A DNA stretch of 61,945 nucleotides, filler included, from Mustelus asterias (lineage: Eukaryota), in the NCBI RefSeq assembly GCF_964213995.1. It is 6 parts of 6 records of this genome, joined end to end, with 100 filler letters (N's around TTAATTAATTAA, not from the genome) between each part and the next. Parts side by side here need not be neighbours in the genome. Positions count along the whole stretch, not along the records: positions 34,067 to 60,535 come from NW_027590264.1; 5 more parts are not named here. One strand, 5' to 3'. The notes beneath the pieces are model-generated. The model saw only the letters and a list, made by a program, of their open reading frames with translations, had not been told where the DNA came from and searched no databases. The translations under genes and the position numbers were made by a program. Every line of letters starts with the position of its first letter. Positions within the stretch are counted from its first letter, which is position 1. This document shows positions 38,585-49,795 of the stretch, piece after piece.

Positions 38585-39105
38585 TTCATGACATTTCTGA
38601 TTAATTGCTGTACCTGTATATTAGCCCCTTTTGATTCATGCCCAAGGACGGCCCAATCCCTCTGTCCCTCAGAATGTTGTGATCTCGCACCATTTAGTTA
38701 TTAAGTGTATTTTATATTCATCAGGCCAAAATGTACATTTTCACATCCGCCCACATTAAACACAATTTGGCGAAGCTTTGCCAATTCACTGAACTACTTA
38801 TGTCCCTTCATCGTCCCCTTACATCCTCATCACCATTTATTTTCCAATCTATCGTTGTGTCATCAGCAAACTTAACATCCATTTCTGCTCTGTGACATAT
38901 CACTGTGTAATCGTAACAATTAATCCAGTTCCCCTGGATTACTGCTCTGTAACATATCACTGTGTAATCTAACAATTAATCCAGTTCCCCTGGATTACTG
39001 CTCTGTAACATATCACTGTGTAATCCAACAATTAATCCAGTTCCCCTGGATTACTGCTCTGTGACATATCACTGTGTAATCTAACAATTAATCCAGTTCC
39101 CCTGG
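38585..39105 (-). repeat. CR1-derived block plus four 56-bp units; inverted near-identical copy at 49100-50095
   Basis: 38585-38880 is the reverse complement of ~49800-50095; CACTGTG at 38901, 38958, 39014 and 39070. Confidence 0.88.
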
Positions 39106-40513
39106 TTTTTGATTGGATATAACTAAAACAGAAAGCAGGCACCTCGGTCTTTGGGCTCGAATCAAGCATCAAATCGAGTCCAAGATCAGGTGCGATGCTC
39201 TTTCATGTCAGCTTGGATTTTTTGCGAGGACCATGAATTAGATTCAATTTGAATTGGTTTTGGGGGCAATTAGGAGATGGATTCTGGCTTGGCCAGTCCG
39301 CTCTCTGCATTGGCTTTGCAACGCTAAGCAATTACTATTTTACAATCCGACAGACAGGAGCTCCCGAACACAATGCAAAGTGCGGGGTTGGATTGGTTTC
39401 CATCATAAATTCCGTAAGTGAGTCCTTATTCGGATCATCTCTTCAGAGTCCAATTTCTCCAGCTGGAGATGGAGAGGTTTGGCTGCCTGACCGGTGCTGT
39501 TGCTGTTGTTTGTTTCACGATTGTCTGCAAACATGAGTAAGACTCCCTGCGAGCGCAGTTCAATATCATAAAGCTGATATTGATCAGTGAGTTCCAGAAT
39601 AAAACAAAGACAATCCTTGCAATGTCATAGTTGAAACTTGTAAAAAAAACTACTTCTTTTTCTGTCTCATCATTTGAGGACAATAAGTAAGTGACATAAT
39701 TTCCATGACTCAGATCTGAAATACATGTTCAAACCCGAATCAATCATATCGGAGTGTGTTTAAACTTTAGGTTGAAATCACGATTGGGAAATTACTTTAA
39801 ATGTGTTTATTCCACAATTGCCTATCTGAAGTTCCCCCTCCCCACCCCGTCTCAACCGAGGCAGACCGAGGGCCGGGTAACTGCAGAATACCCTCGGCCT
39901 GAGTAACTGTGTGCCAACCTGAAAAATAACGGCACACAGTAAACTCTGACACATGTATATAGTTTTAAGAAATGAAATGTAACAAAATGTAATGTTTTTG
40001 TAAATGAGCACGGTATTGTACTCTAAAAATGATTCTTTTTTGCACTGTTTATGACCTTTGGATCTGTCATTTTATCTCAATCACAGCAGCCTCCTCTCCG
40101 TCTCTCTCTCTATCTCTCTGCTCCCCCCTCTGTCTATCTCTGCTCCCTCTCTGTGACTCATTCTGTCTGAAGTACAGCAGCATTCTCTCTCACTCCCCAT
40201 CTCTATATCTTTTCACAATAACTTCATTGCAGTGTTAATGTAAGCCTACTTGTGATTAACAAATAAAATTTTAACTTTAACTCTGCTTTTATTTGTCTCT
40301 TATCTCTCTCTATCGCTTCCCTCTCTCTATCTGCTTCCCCCTCTCTCTGATCTCTGCTTCCTTCTCTGTGAATCAGTCTGAATTACAGTCGCATCCTCCC
40401 CATCTCCATCTCTCTGATCTCTGCTTCCCCCTCTCTGTGAATCATTCTGTCTGAATTACAGCAGCATTCTCTCTATCTCTGTCTTCTTATATCTCTCTCT
40501 CTCTCTGCTCTCT

Positions 40514-40945
40514 ATGCCCAGGGGTGGGGGGGGCAATGCCCAGGGGTGGGGGGGGCAATGCCCAGGGGTGGGGGGGGCAATGCCCAGGAGTGGGGGCAAA
40601 GCCCAGGAGGGGGGGGCAAAGCCCAGGAGGGGGGGCAAAGCCCAGGAGGGGGGGGGCAAAGCCCAGGAGGGGGGGGGCAAAGCCCAGGAGGGGGGGGCAA
40701 AGCCCAGGAGGGGGGGGGGCAAAGCCCAGGAGGGGGGGGGCAAAGCCCAGGAGGGGGGGGGGGCAAAGCCCAGGAGGGGGGGGGCAAAGCCCAGGAGGGG
40801 GGGGCAAAGCCCAGGAGGGGGGGGCAAAGCCCAGGAGGGGGGGGCAAAGCCCAGGAGGGGGGGGGGGAAAGCCCAGGAGGGGGGGGGGGAAAGCCCAGGA
40901 GGGGGGGGGGGGGGGGGAAAGCCCAGGAGGGGGGGGGGGGGAAAG
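40514..40945 (+). repeat. G-rich minisatellite (GGCAAAGCCCAGGAGGGGGGG)n
   Basis: Direct periodicity. Confidence 0.93.
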
Positions 40946-41126
40946 CACCTCAAAAATCCTCAAAAATCACCCCATTCCTTTCCTCCCCTCTCTCTGTTAC
41001 TCTCTCTCTATCTCTATCCCTGTTTCTCCAGCTGGATGCAGAGTGGGAAAGAGAGGCTGATATGGAGGGAGTTTTCATCTGTATCTCACTGCATTTTCTG
41101 AACTGCCTTGTCCTTGTTTGATGAGA

Positions 41127-41569
41127 AGTCACGCTGCCCGGTGAGTCTGAGCTCAAATCCTCAGTCTGTGTTTCATGGGTTATATTCACTCAGATTTCTC
41201 ACACATTCTATATGTTGTTACAGGAACCAGTGGCCAAGATTCAGTTTCCCAGGAGCCGCCCGAAGTAACAGTTCAGGAAGGACAGACGGTAATATTGAAC
41301 TGCAACTACACAGCAAAAAGCACTATGCCAACTTTCTTCTGGTACATCCAGTATCCCAGGGAAGCTCCGAGATATTTACTGAAGAAATACGGCAAGGGAC
41401 AGGGGGAAAAGTCTCCAGATTTCCCTGACCGGTTTTCGGCTGAATTGGACAAAGACAAGAGAACAGTTCCTTTAACAATCACCGGGGTCCATGTCTCTGA
41501 CTGTGCCGTGTATCACTGTGCGCTGAGCCCCACACTGCTACAGAGGCACAGTCAGCCCGTACAAAAACC
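41127..41569 (+). pseudogene. TRAV: TCR V (V2): open V exon 41224-41530 and RSS CACACTG-23-ACAAAAACC (41531-41569), but leader truncated
   Basis: Close paralog of V6. Only GTCACGCTGCCCG|GTGAGT of the leader remains and it is preceded in frame by TGA TGA. Confidence 0.85.
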
Positions 41570-42079
41570 GGCAAAGGCACTCTCACCTCCTCTCACTGAA
41601 TCAGATCTGTGAGCTGGATTGTGGATTTGTAATATAACCCAAATCATATAAAGACCAGCTTGGCAGAATTCTTCCTTTCTGTCCTACATAATGTGGCATT
41701 ATACATCAAAGCTCTCTCTATATCGGCGGCGAGGAACTTTTCATTTTCAGCGAGCAGCTCTTAATTGAAAACTCCAACCATGATAACACAACTATTTAAA
41801 TTATTACCCATTACATACACGTCCAATTTAAAGATTGGCCCTGTTAATGAAGCCATATTGAGTTTAATACAACGCTAATTATTCTCTACCCCACAGAGCA
41901 GTGGCTGTGCAGTCGCTGGGTTTATTTAGAACAGATGTTAATAGATTTGTGGATATTAAGAATAAAATGGGACTTCGGGCAGTGCAGGAAGGTGGTGAGA
42001 AATAGACAGGCAGGTAGACAGAAGGGACATGTTCCAAAGGCAAAGTGGCCACTGCTGGTCTTTCATCTGCCCAGCTCAC

Positions 42080-42087
42080 TGACGTCA
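42080..42087 (+). promoter_or_regulatory. CRE palindrome TGACGTCA upstream of V leaders (also 56214-56221 and 58076-58083), with nearby CCAAT/ATTGG boxes
   Basis: Exact 8-mer 90-200 bp upstream of three leader ATGs. CRE-type motifs are established in TCR V promoters. Confidence 0.7.
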
Positions 42088-42277
42088 CAAACTGCGAGTT
42101 GATTGGATGAAATGTGGGACAAAGGAGCAATGAACCGATTGGTTGTCACCTGTCGCTCTGTCAGGAATAGACCAATCAGGTTGCCGGACCGGATGACACT
42201 CCACATCTTCTGACCTCTGACCTAAAACTATTGAGCTTTAACTCACTGAGTTCAGATCCAGCATCAGCTCTGTGAAC

Positions 42278-42325
42278 ATGTTGGCACCTTTTACTCATTC
42301 TTCACAGCTACTGGTCTCCTAACTG
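42278..42325 (+). pseudogene. Orphan frameshifted V leader exon
   Basis: ATG...CTCCTAACTG|GTAACT, 48 nt (not 3n+1), downstream of a CRE/CCAAT promoter. No V exon follows. Confidence 0.5.
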
Positions 42326-42459
42326 GTAACTCCCAAGTTACACAATTATCAGTTGTTAATGTTACTCACAGAGTATTTTTACTTTTAACTGTGTGCTTCC
42401 TGCATCTACAATATATTGTGTTAATTTGATAATCTTGGTTGTAATAAAATGAGAACAAA

Positions 42460-43010
42460 ATGCTACGACAATGGGTGAATGGACACCGCTCGACAATCAC
42501 CAGGCAGGAGTGTTCCCTACCTGTCGGGGAACAGGGCATTCAGCCTCTGATCTTCGGGTAAGCGTTCTCCAAGGTGGCCTTCACCACACATGACAACGCA
42601 GAATCGCTGAGCAGAAACTGAAAGCCAAGTTCCGCACACATGGGGACGGCCTCAACCGGGATCTTGGGTTCATGTCACACTGTCTGTAACCCCGGGGCTT
42701 GCAAAATCTCAGTAACTGTCCCGGCTGGAGACAATTCACATCTCTTTAACCTGTGCTTAACCCTCTCTCCACTCAAATTGTCTGCACCTGTAAAGACTTG
42801 ATTACCTGTTAAAACTCGCATTCCAACCATTATCTTGTAATTTAGTTTGTGGCTATATATGCCCTGTTTGTGAAGCGAACTCTTCACTCACCTGATGAAG
42901 GGGCAACGCTCCGAAAGCTCGTGCTACCAAATAAACCTGTTGGACTTTAACCTGGTGTTGTGAGACTACTTACTGTGCCTACCTCAGTCCAACGCCAGAA
43001 CTCCACATGA
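42460..43010 (+). mobile_element. Penelope-like element 3' end (GIY-YIG C-terminus and 3' region)
   Basis: Translates IAEQKLKAKFRTHGDGLNRDLGFMSH, followed by CTGATGAAGGGGCAACGCTCCGAAAGCT and AATAAA. Confidence 0.75.
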
Positions 43011-43498
43011 CAAATAGAAATGAGATGTGGACTGCCTCAGAGGTGGAGAAAATGTAACTGTTTGAAACACAAGGGGAATCAATTATATTTCGCAAAAGTA
43101 AATCGAGAAACAATATTTCCAACATATTATTGATCACGCATTTATCATACATAACTGTAAAATGAGGGCAAACCTCATTTTAAAATCATGCCTTTATTGG
43201 TGAAGTTAAACTTTAACCACTTTTATAAATGACAGTTACTGCAGTAAAGCAGTGTCCTGTTTTTTGGACAATTGATTTGTTCACACGTGACCCGGAAGAG
43301 AAGCAGCTTCGGATCAACAACCCACATCCTGATACCGGAAGCACGGAGTCTGATTCCAGCCAATCAGATTGCAGAAAACCCAAGTGTCTGAAACTTTATC
43401 TGGTGCATATGTTGAAGACGTTGATTCAATGCATGCTCTTCTGCTGTGAGCTGTGCTCCGTATTCTTACTGACATTGTTATTATATCACACGGTGCAA

Positions 43499-43947
43499 AT
43501 GAAACTGTTCCTTATCATTCTGGTGGTGCTAACTTGTAAGCGCAGGATATTTATTTGTGGAGCTATTTATTTATAACAATTTTGCTCCAGTGTCTCATTG
43601 TATGAATGTTTTTTTATAGATCGGTGTCGCTCGGACCAAGTTTCACAAACTCCCACAGCGAGAACAGTCCAGAGCGGGGATTCGGCGCTGATAAACTGCA
43701 GTTATGAGATGTCCAGCATTTATGGAATGTATTGGTACAGACAAAAACCCGGTCAGAGACTGGAGTGGATAATAAGCAGATCATCGAATGGCAAAGAGAG
43801 AAAAGACCGGTTCGAATTGGAACTTTCCACTGCGGGCAAACGGGGCCAGTTGGTTATTGAAAACACGGAGAGCGCGGATGCCGCTCTGTATTACTGTGCG
43901 ATACAGCCCACACTGAGAGGAAAGACGCTCGTCACTGTACAAAAACC
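43499..43947 (+). CDS. TRAV: TCR alpha/delta-type V gene (V3); leader 43499-43535, V exon 43620-43908, RSS 43909-43947; apparently intact
   Basis: Leader MKLFLIILVVLT|GTAAGC. V exon DQVSQTP..INCSY..WYRQKPGQRLEW..DAALYYCAIQ. RSS CACACTG-23-ACAAAAACC. Confidence 0.92.
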
Positions 43948-44159
43948 TCACGCCTGTTTTCAGTTGCTGCAGCAATCCTACAAATAGCAGACTGCAGGCA
44001 ATAGCTGCCAGAACTAGAGCAGGAAATGGAGCAGGTGAGCGGGGTTGCCCGGGGATTTGCAATTCCTGACAGCGACTTTGCTTTTCTCAGACATATTGAG
44101 AGTCATGATGTAACTAATCCGATTGAAGAAACAGTCGCTCAGTGAGTGTGGGCTTTATG

Positions 44160-44590
44160 GTGAGGAAATCATCCGCATTCTTTAATTTAAACATGATACT
44201 ACACTGTCTGGAATCAGACATTTGGTCTCTGCACAAATACAGAAAGACCTGGACAATATTCAGGTTTGGACTGATAAGTGGAAGCAACGTTCAGGTCACA
44301 CAGGTTCCAGGCAATGACCGTCTCCAAAAGAAGAGGATCTGACGAACTTTCCTTGATATTCAATGGCATTACCATCGCGGAATCCTCCCCCTCTGCTCCC
44401 CCCCTTCCTCTCCCCCACCCCCAACAACATCCTGGGAGTTGACCGAAAGCTGAACTGGACCGAAGAATATGAATACCGTGGCTACCGGAGCAGATCAAAG
44501 GTTAGGAATCCTGTGGCGAGTAACTCGCCTCGTGGCTCCCGAAAGCCTGTCCACCATCTCCAAGGTACAAGTCAGGGGTGTGAATTGAAT
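44160..44590 (+). mobile_element. Decayed LINE RT fragment; 44160-44410 is duplicated at 59275-59525
   Basis: GACCTGGACAATATTCAGG..TGGCATTACCATCGC; ORFs 44142.. and 59120.. end in nearly the same peptide. Confidence 0.65.
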
Positions 44591-45558
44591 TCTCCAGACT
44601 TACCCACTTGTCTGCCTCCCTTGGCCCTGGTGTGACCACCTGATGATAGCTCCTGTCTGTCACCTCCTCATTTTCCCTAACCAGACGATGATCCCGGAGC
44701 TGCAGTTCCAGTTCTCTAACACGGTCCCTTAGGAACCGCAGCTCGACACACCCATCACAGGTTCACAGGTTGTGAAACTTTCAATGTGCGGATAATGAGC
44801 AAAGTGCAAATTTGTCGATAGGGCAGTTTCCAGTGCCCGGATTTTAGGAGGTGTTTCAGGAAATTCAGCCGTTTAAATATCTCGTAAATATCAGCGTTTA
44901 TTTTAGTCATTTGTGAGACTTAGGCGTCACGGGCTCTCGTTGGAGGGCAGTTGAGAGTCAACCACATTGCGGTGGCTCTGGAGTCACATGTCGGCCAGAC
45001 AAGGTAAGGGCGGCAGATTTCCTTCCCTAAAGTACATCAGTGAACCAGATGGGTGTTTCCGACAATCTACAATGGTTTCATGGTTTCAGTAGATTCTAAA
45101 TTGTTATTGAATTCAAGTTTCACCACCTGCCGTGCAGGAATTCGGACCGGGGTCCCCAGAATATTAACTGAGTTTCTGGGTTAATAATCTCACGATGATG
45201 CCACTAGGCCATCCCCTCTTTATTCATGATATTACCTGATTTTTAAACTGTCTATCACACTTTCCAATCTCTTCCATTTCTATTTCAATAGTTTATTCAT
45301 TTTCTGACCACTTCTCCTATGATAACTGAACTTTCCTATGTTCTGTTTTCCTCTCACTCAGTCGAGTTTACATGTTCCCTCGTTCCTCTTCTCCATCTGT
45401 TTTCAACTATCTTCATTTTAACGGGATTTCAATAACTAGATTGTATGTTTTATTTTGTGTTGCGCTCATTTCCTTTCTTTACGGATTTTAAAAAATAATC
45501 CCATCACTCTCTCTGCCGCTCCTGCAGACACAGCAGAGTGGCTCTCACTGTCGATGCA

Positions 45559-45930
45559 GGTTTTTCTATGGGCTCACCCTATGTTTGTCACACTGTGGCT
45601 CACAGCGCAGAGATAGGTGGCGGTGTCTGTAACTCCGGCGTCTCTCACAGTCAGGGCACTGAATTTGTAGCCTCCGCCGATTGAGGCTGTGATCCCCTCG
45701 TGTAGATCGGTTTCTCTTGTGGCCATCACCAGGTACTGGGGTGGCTGATTCGGGGACTGTCTGTACCAATGTAGGTTGCTAAATGTAGTGATCGTGGTGC
45801 AGTTCATGGATACGGTTCCCCCTTCACTAACAACCTTCCGCCGAGGAAGCTGCATCACCTCATCTGCTCCAGTCACCCCCGTGCAGGTCAGAGCGAAACA
45901 CAGCAAACAGAGTCTGTAAATTCGGAGCAT
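45559..45930 (-). CDS. TRAV: Inverted TCR V gene (V4) with leader and V in a single exon (45930-45598); RSS CACAGTG-23-AGAAAAACC (45597-45559)
   Basis: Uninterrupted MLRIYRLCLLCFALTCTGVTGADEVMQLP..MNC..WYRQSP..DTATYLCAVS; one mismatch in the nonamer. Confidence 0.88.
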
Positions 45931-48900
45931 TTTTCAGATCATATGAAATTTCTGCTGAAGTAATTGTCCAGGGAGTTCAGATTAGAACCAGGACCTGGGT
46001 TTAATATTCGGAAGAATTTACAAGGAGTCAAACACCTGCTTCGTGTCCAACTGGGGCGTCTCTCTGTCGAACTGATGAAAGAAGCTGAGACTCGGGTTTT
46101 ATCCGCCCACATTCACTGGCATCGATTCTACTGGAATCGGAGATGAAGAATTGAAGCCGGAATAAATAAACCCCATCAGTGACCCCATGTTTCCGGTTAC
46201 AAATCTCTTCCCACGTGTCTAACTAGGAAACCACTCGCCCTATCAGAACACTGAGTGAACCCAGCTCGGGGTGAATCCATTCACTGGCAGACAGTTCACC
46301 AGCTGCCAACCCCACAGCACCCCCGCGGACACAGGGAAATGCAGTGAGAGCATCCCGAGACACGGCAGCAAAATATACAGGGTGAGGTTTGGAAAGGGTG
46401 TCTTCAAATATCCAACTGCCCTTTTACAGAGCAGACAACAACGATGCTGCTACTCAGCATCTGGATTGTGCGGGGAACCTTCCTGACAGGTACTTATGGA
46501 CCAAACGCATTTCATATTCACTTTAATTTTACTAACTTGTTTTTGAACTGAATCTTACGGATTCAGTCGGTCTGCTCTGTTTCCGTTCGAACATGTTTTT
46601 CCGATCTGGGTCATGGAGATTCTGTTACCGAAAGCTTATGGTATTTGCTACCAAATAAACCTGTTGGGCTTTAACCTGGTGTTGTGAGACTTCTTACTGT
46701 GCTTACCCCAGTCCAACGCCGGCATCTCCACATCACTGCTTCAGTTATACAGGGCGTTGCTGAGACTGCATCTTGAACACTGGGTGCAGCTTTGTCTCCT
46801 ATTTAAGAAATGATACAAATGCATTGAAAGTGGTTCAGAGGAGGTTTAATAGATTGCTTCCCAATTTTTTCCGATTTTCCTTGCCTTCACCTCTGACAAA
46901 GAGTAATCCTGACTCAAAATGTTGCCTCCATTCTCTCTCTACAGATGCTGTCAGACTTGCTGAGATTGTCCAGCATTTTCTGTTTTTGTTTCAGATTCCA
47001 ACAACAGCAGAATTTTGCCTTTATACCAATTCTTGTTGGATAAGGGAATCAAAAATATCGGGTGTAGAACGGGAATGTGGAAATCTACACAAATAGATCA
47101 GCCATGATGTAAATAAATGGGGGAGCAGACTCAAAGGGCCAAATGGCCGACTTCTGCTCCGATGTCGAATGTTGGTCACAAATTCCTGAGAATTGTGAAC
47201 CAAGGCTGGAAGATTCGCCTTGCTTGTGTTAGTGGGAAAATGTCCAGGAGAACCATCACTGTGAAGGACAGTTCTGGGATTAAAGGTTGCCAGACTGGAA
47301 AAGGAAAACAATGGAAATAAACCCTTGGGGAGGAAAGAATCACTTTGGGCTGGTTTTTGGAGAAGGAGTGTCAACATTCCAAGGCAAAATAAAATGTATC
47401 CATTGAGTGGATATTTAATGGTGTTAAGAGTAAAAGGGCAAAGTTTAATTTTACAGTTTCAGGGCTATGTTCCCTATAAAAAAGTGTTTAATCATTGTTG
47501 CCTCCAGTTTGTTGGAATAAACATCAGAAAACTTGAAGTTTTGTCATGTGATTCTTTAATTTGTTTACTGGGTTCAGAATTCATTTTTAAAAATTGTTGA
47601 TCGTCAGAGATGCTAACAGTTCATTTAAAGCCACACGTTTCGACTTCCCATTTGAGCCTGTGGCACCTTTCTGTCTCTCTATTGCTCGTGTTAATGACAG
47701 CCAGGCGACGGAGCTGAGGGCTGAATTTAGCTGAGAATAATGGGGCCTGCGCCCCAGTTGGGAAACTGCCATGGGCGACGCACTAATAGAGAGACAGGAA
47801 GGTGCTGGAGGACTGACTGGGAAATGGGCCTCCAACCAATTATATCGGTCACTCAGAACTAAAGAGAAACTTGTCTCTTTAAATACAGATACAGGGAAGA
47901 GGCTGCAATGAAATCTGTCCCTTTTAACCTGCACAAAAGCAGGAGGCTGAGATTGCCAGGCTGCAGGAGGAGTCCATTCAGCCCATCATGTTCTGCTATC
48001 TCTTTGAAAGGACTCTCTGATTCATCCAACTGCTCTGTTCTTTCCCCACAGCCCTGCAAATTCTTTCCTTTCAAGTCTTTACCCTTTGGAACGATTCTAT
48101 TGAATCTGCTTTCAGGCAGATCAGAACAACTCACTGCGTCAAAAAATAAAATAAAATCTCATCTCCCCCTCTGGCTCCTTTGTCAATTACCTTAGAGGGA
48201 CTCACTTTCTGTTAAAGAGCCTGCCAACCCCTCTCACCCACTTTCCCGAAAGTGCATCAATCTCATCAGGAAAAGTCCAGAAAAATCAAATATTTTTACT
48301 GATAAAAGTTTATTAATGAAACAGAACATGATTAAAACAAACAGAAAAAGACTTGAGGATCAAAGACAACCAGAGTAAAAGGATGTTCACAATGTTCTGG
48401 ACACAAATGGTTTCTCTCTATCTGTTCCCTGACCTCTTTGTGGTAAAGGCAGAATTCTCTGGACAGTAAATTTAAAAAGAAGTTTGTCGAATGAAAAAGG
48501 TTTACTGAACACAGTGGCACAGTGGTTACTGCTGCCTGACAGTGCCATTTTGCAATGTTTTATTGGAGAGTTTTTTTTTGTGAATAAAGTATATTTTTGA
48601 AAGAAAAAAAAACGTGTCGCAGTGGTGTTTTTAGCCCTATAGCTGGAGACCTGGCTTTCAGTGAGCAGAAATATCCCAAGCTGAGATATAATCAGTTTGC
48701 TCATTCGGAAAATCACTACATTGTTGGGGGCCAGGGGTGGGAATGAAGTCGCTGGTCTGATTATTGAAACAGAGAAACACTGGGTTGCGAATTGTGTCAG
48801 AAAACATTTGACAGACATTCAAAATGAGAATGAACATTGATGGTAACTTGTTCTCAGGGATTGTTTTAAATAGCACAATGACAACCTTGCGAAATGTATA

Positions 48901-49099
48901 TGCCAATATAAGCTGTCCCTTAGGCAGCAAAATACTCTAATCAAATAGACCCTTTGATCAAAGAGACCTTGAAAAGGAGAGTGAAGATGGGGAAAGTGCT
49001 GCACAATAATTCACACAGGCAAGAAAATGTTATCAAAGGTTGAAGCGTGAGTTAAGGAACTGTAAATGTATTTTTAGTATAGTTGCAAGTTAAAAATTG

Positions 49100-49795
49100 T
49101 TGGATTACACAGTGATATGTTACAGAGCAGTAATCCAGGGGAATGGGATTAATTGTTAGATTACACAGTGATATGTTACAGAGCAGTAATCCAGGGGAAC
49201 TGGATTAATTGTTAGATTACACAGTGATATGTTACAGAGCAGTAATCCAGGGGAACTGGATTAATTGTTAGATTACACAGTGATATGTCACAGAGCAGTA
49301 ATCCAGGGGAACTGGATTAATTGTTAGATTACACAGTGATATGTTACAGAGCAGTAATCCAGGGGAACTGGATTAATTGTTAGATTACACAGTGATATGT
49401 TACAGAGCAGTAATCCAGGGGAACTGGATTAATTGTTAGATTCCACAGTGATATGTTACAGAGCAGTAATCCAGGGGAACTGGATTAATTGTTAGATTAC
49501 ACAATGATATTTTACAGAGCAGGAGAACTGGATTAATTGTTAGATTACACAGTGATATGTTACAGAGCAGTAATCCAGGGGAACTGGATTAATTGTTGGA
49601 TTACACAGTGATATGTTACAGAGCAGTAATCCAGGGGAATGGGATTAATTGTTAGATTACACAGTGATATGTTACAGAGCAGTAATCCAGGGGAACTGGA
49701 TTAATTGTTAGATTACACAGTGATATGTTACAGAGCAGTAATCCAGGGGAACTGGATTAATTGTTAGATTACACAGTGATATGTCACAGAGCAGG
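49100..49795 (+). repeat. 56-bp minisatellite (TTACACAGTGATATGTTACAGAGCAGTAATCCAGGGGAACTGGATTAATTGTTAGA)n, 13 units
   Basis: CACAGTG at 49108, 49164, 49220 ... 49772; one variant unit is shortened. Confidence 0.95.
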
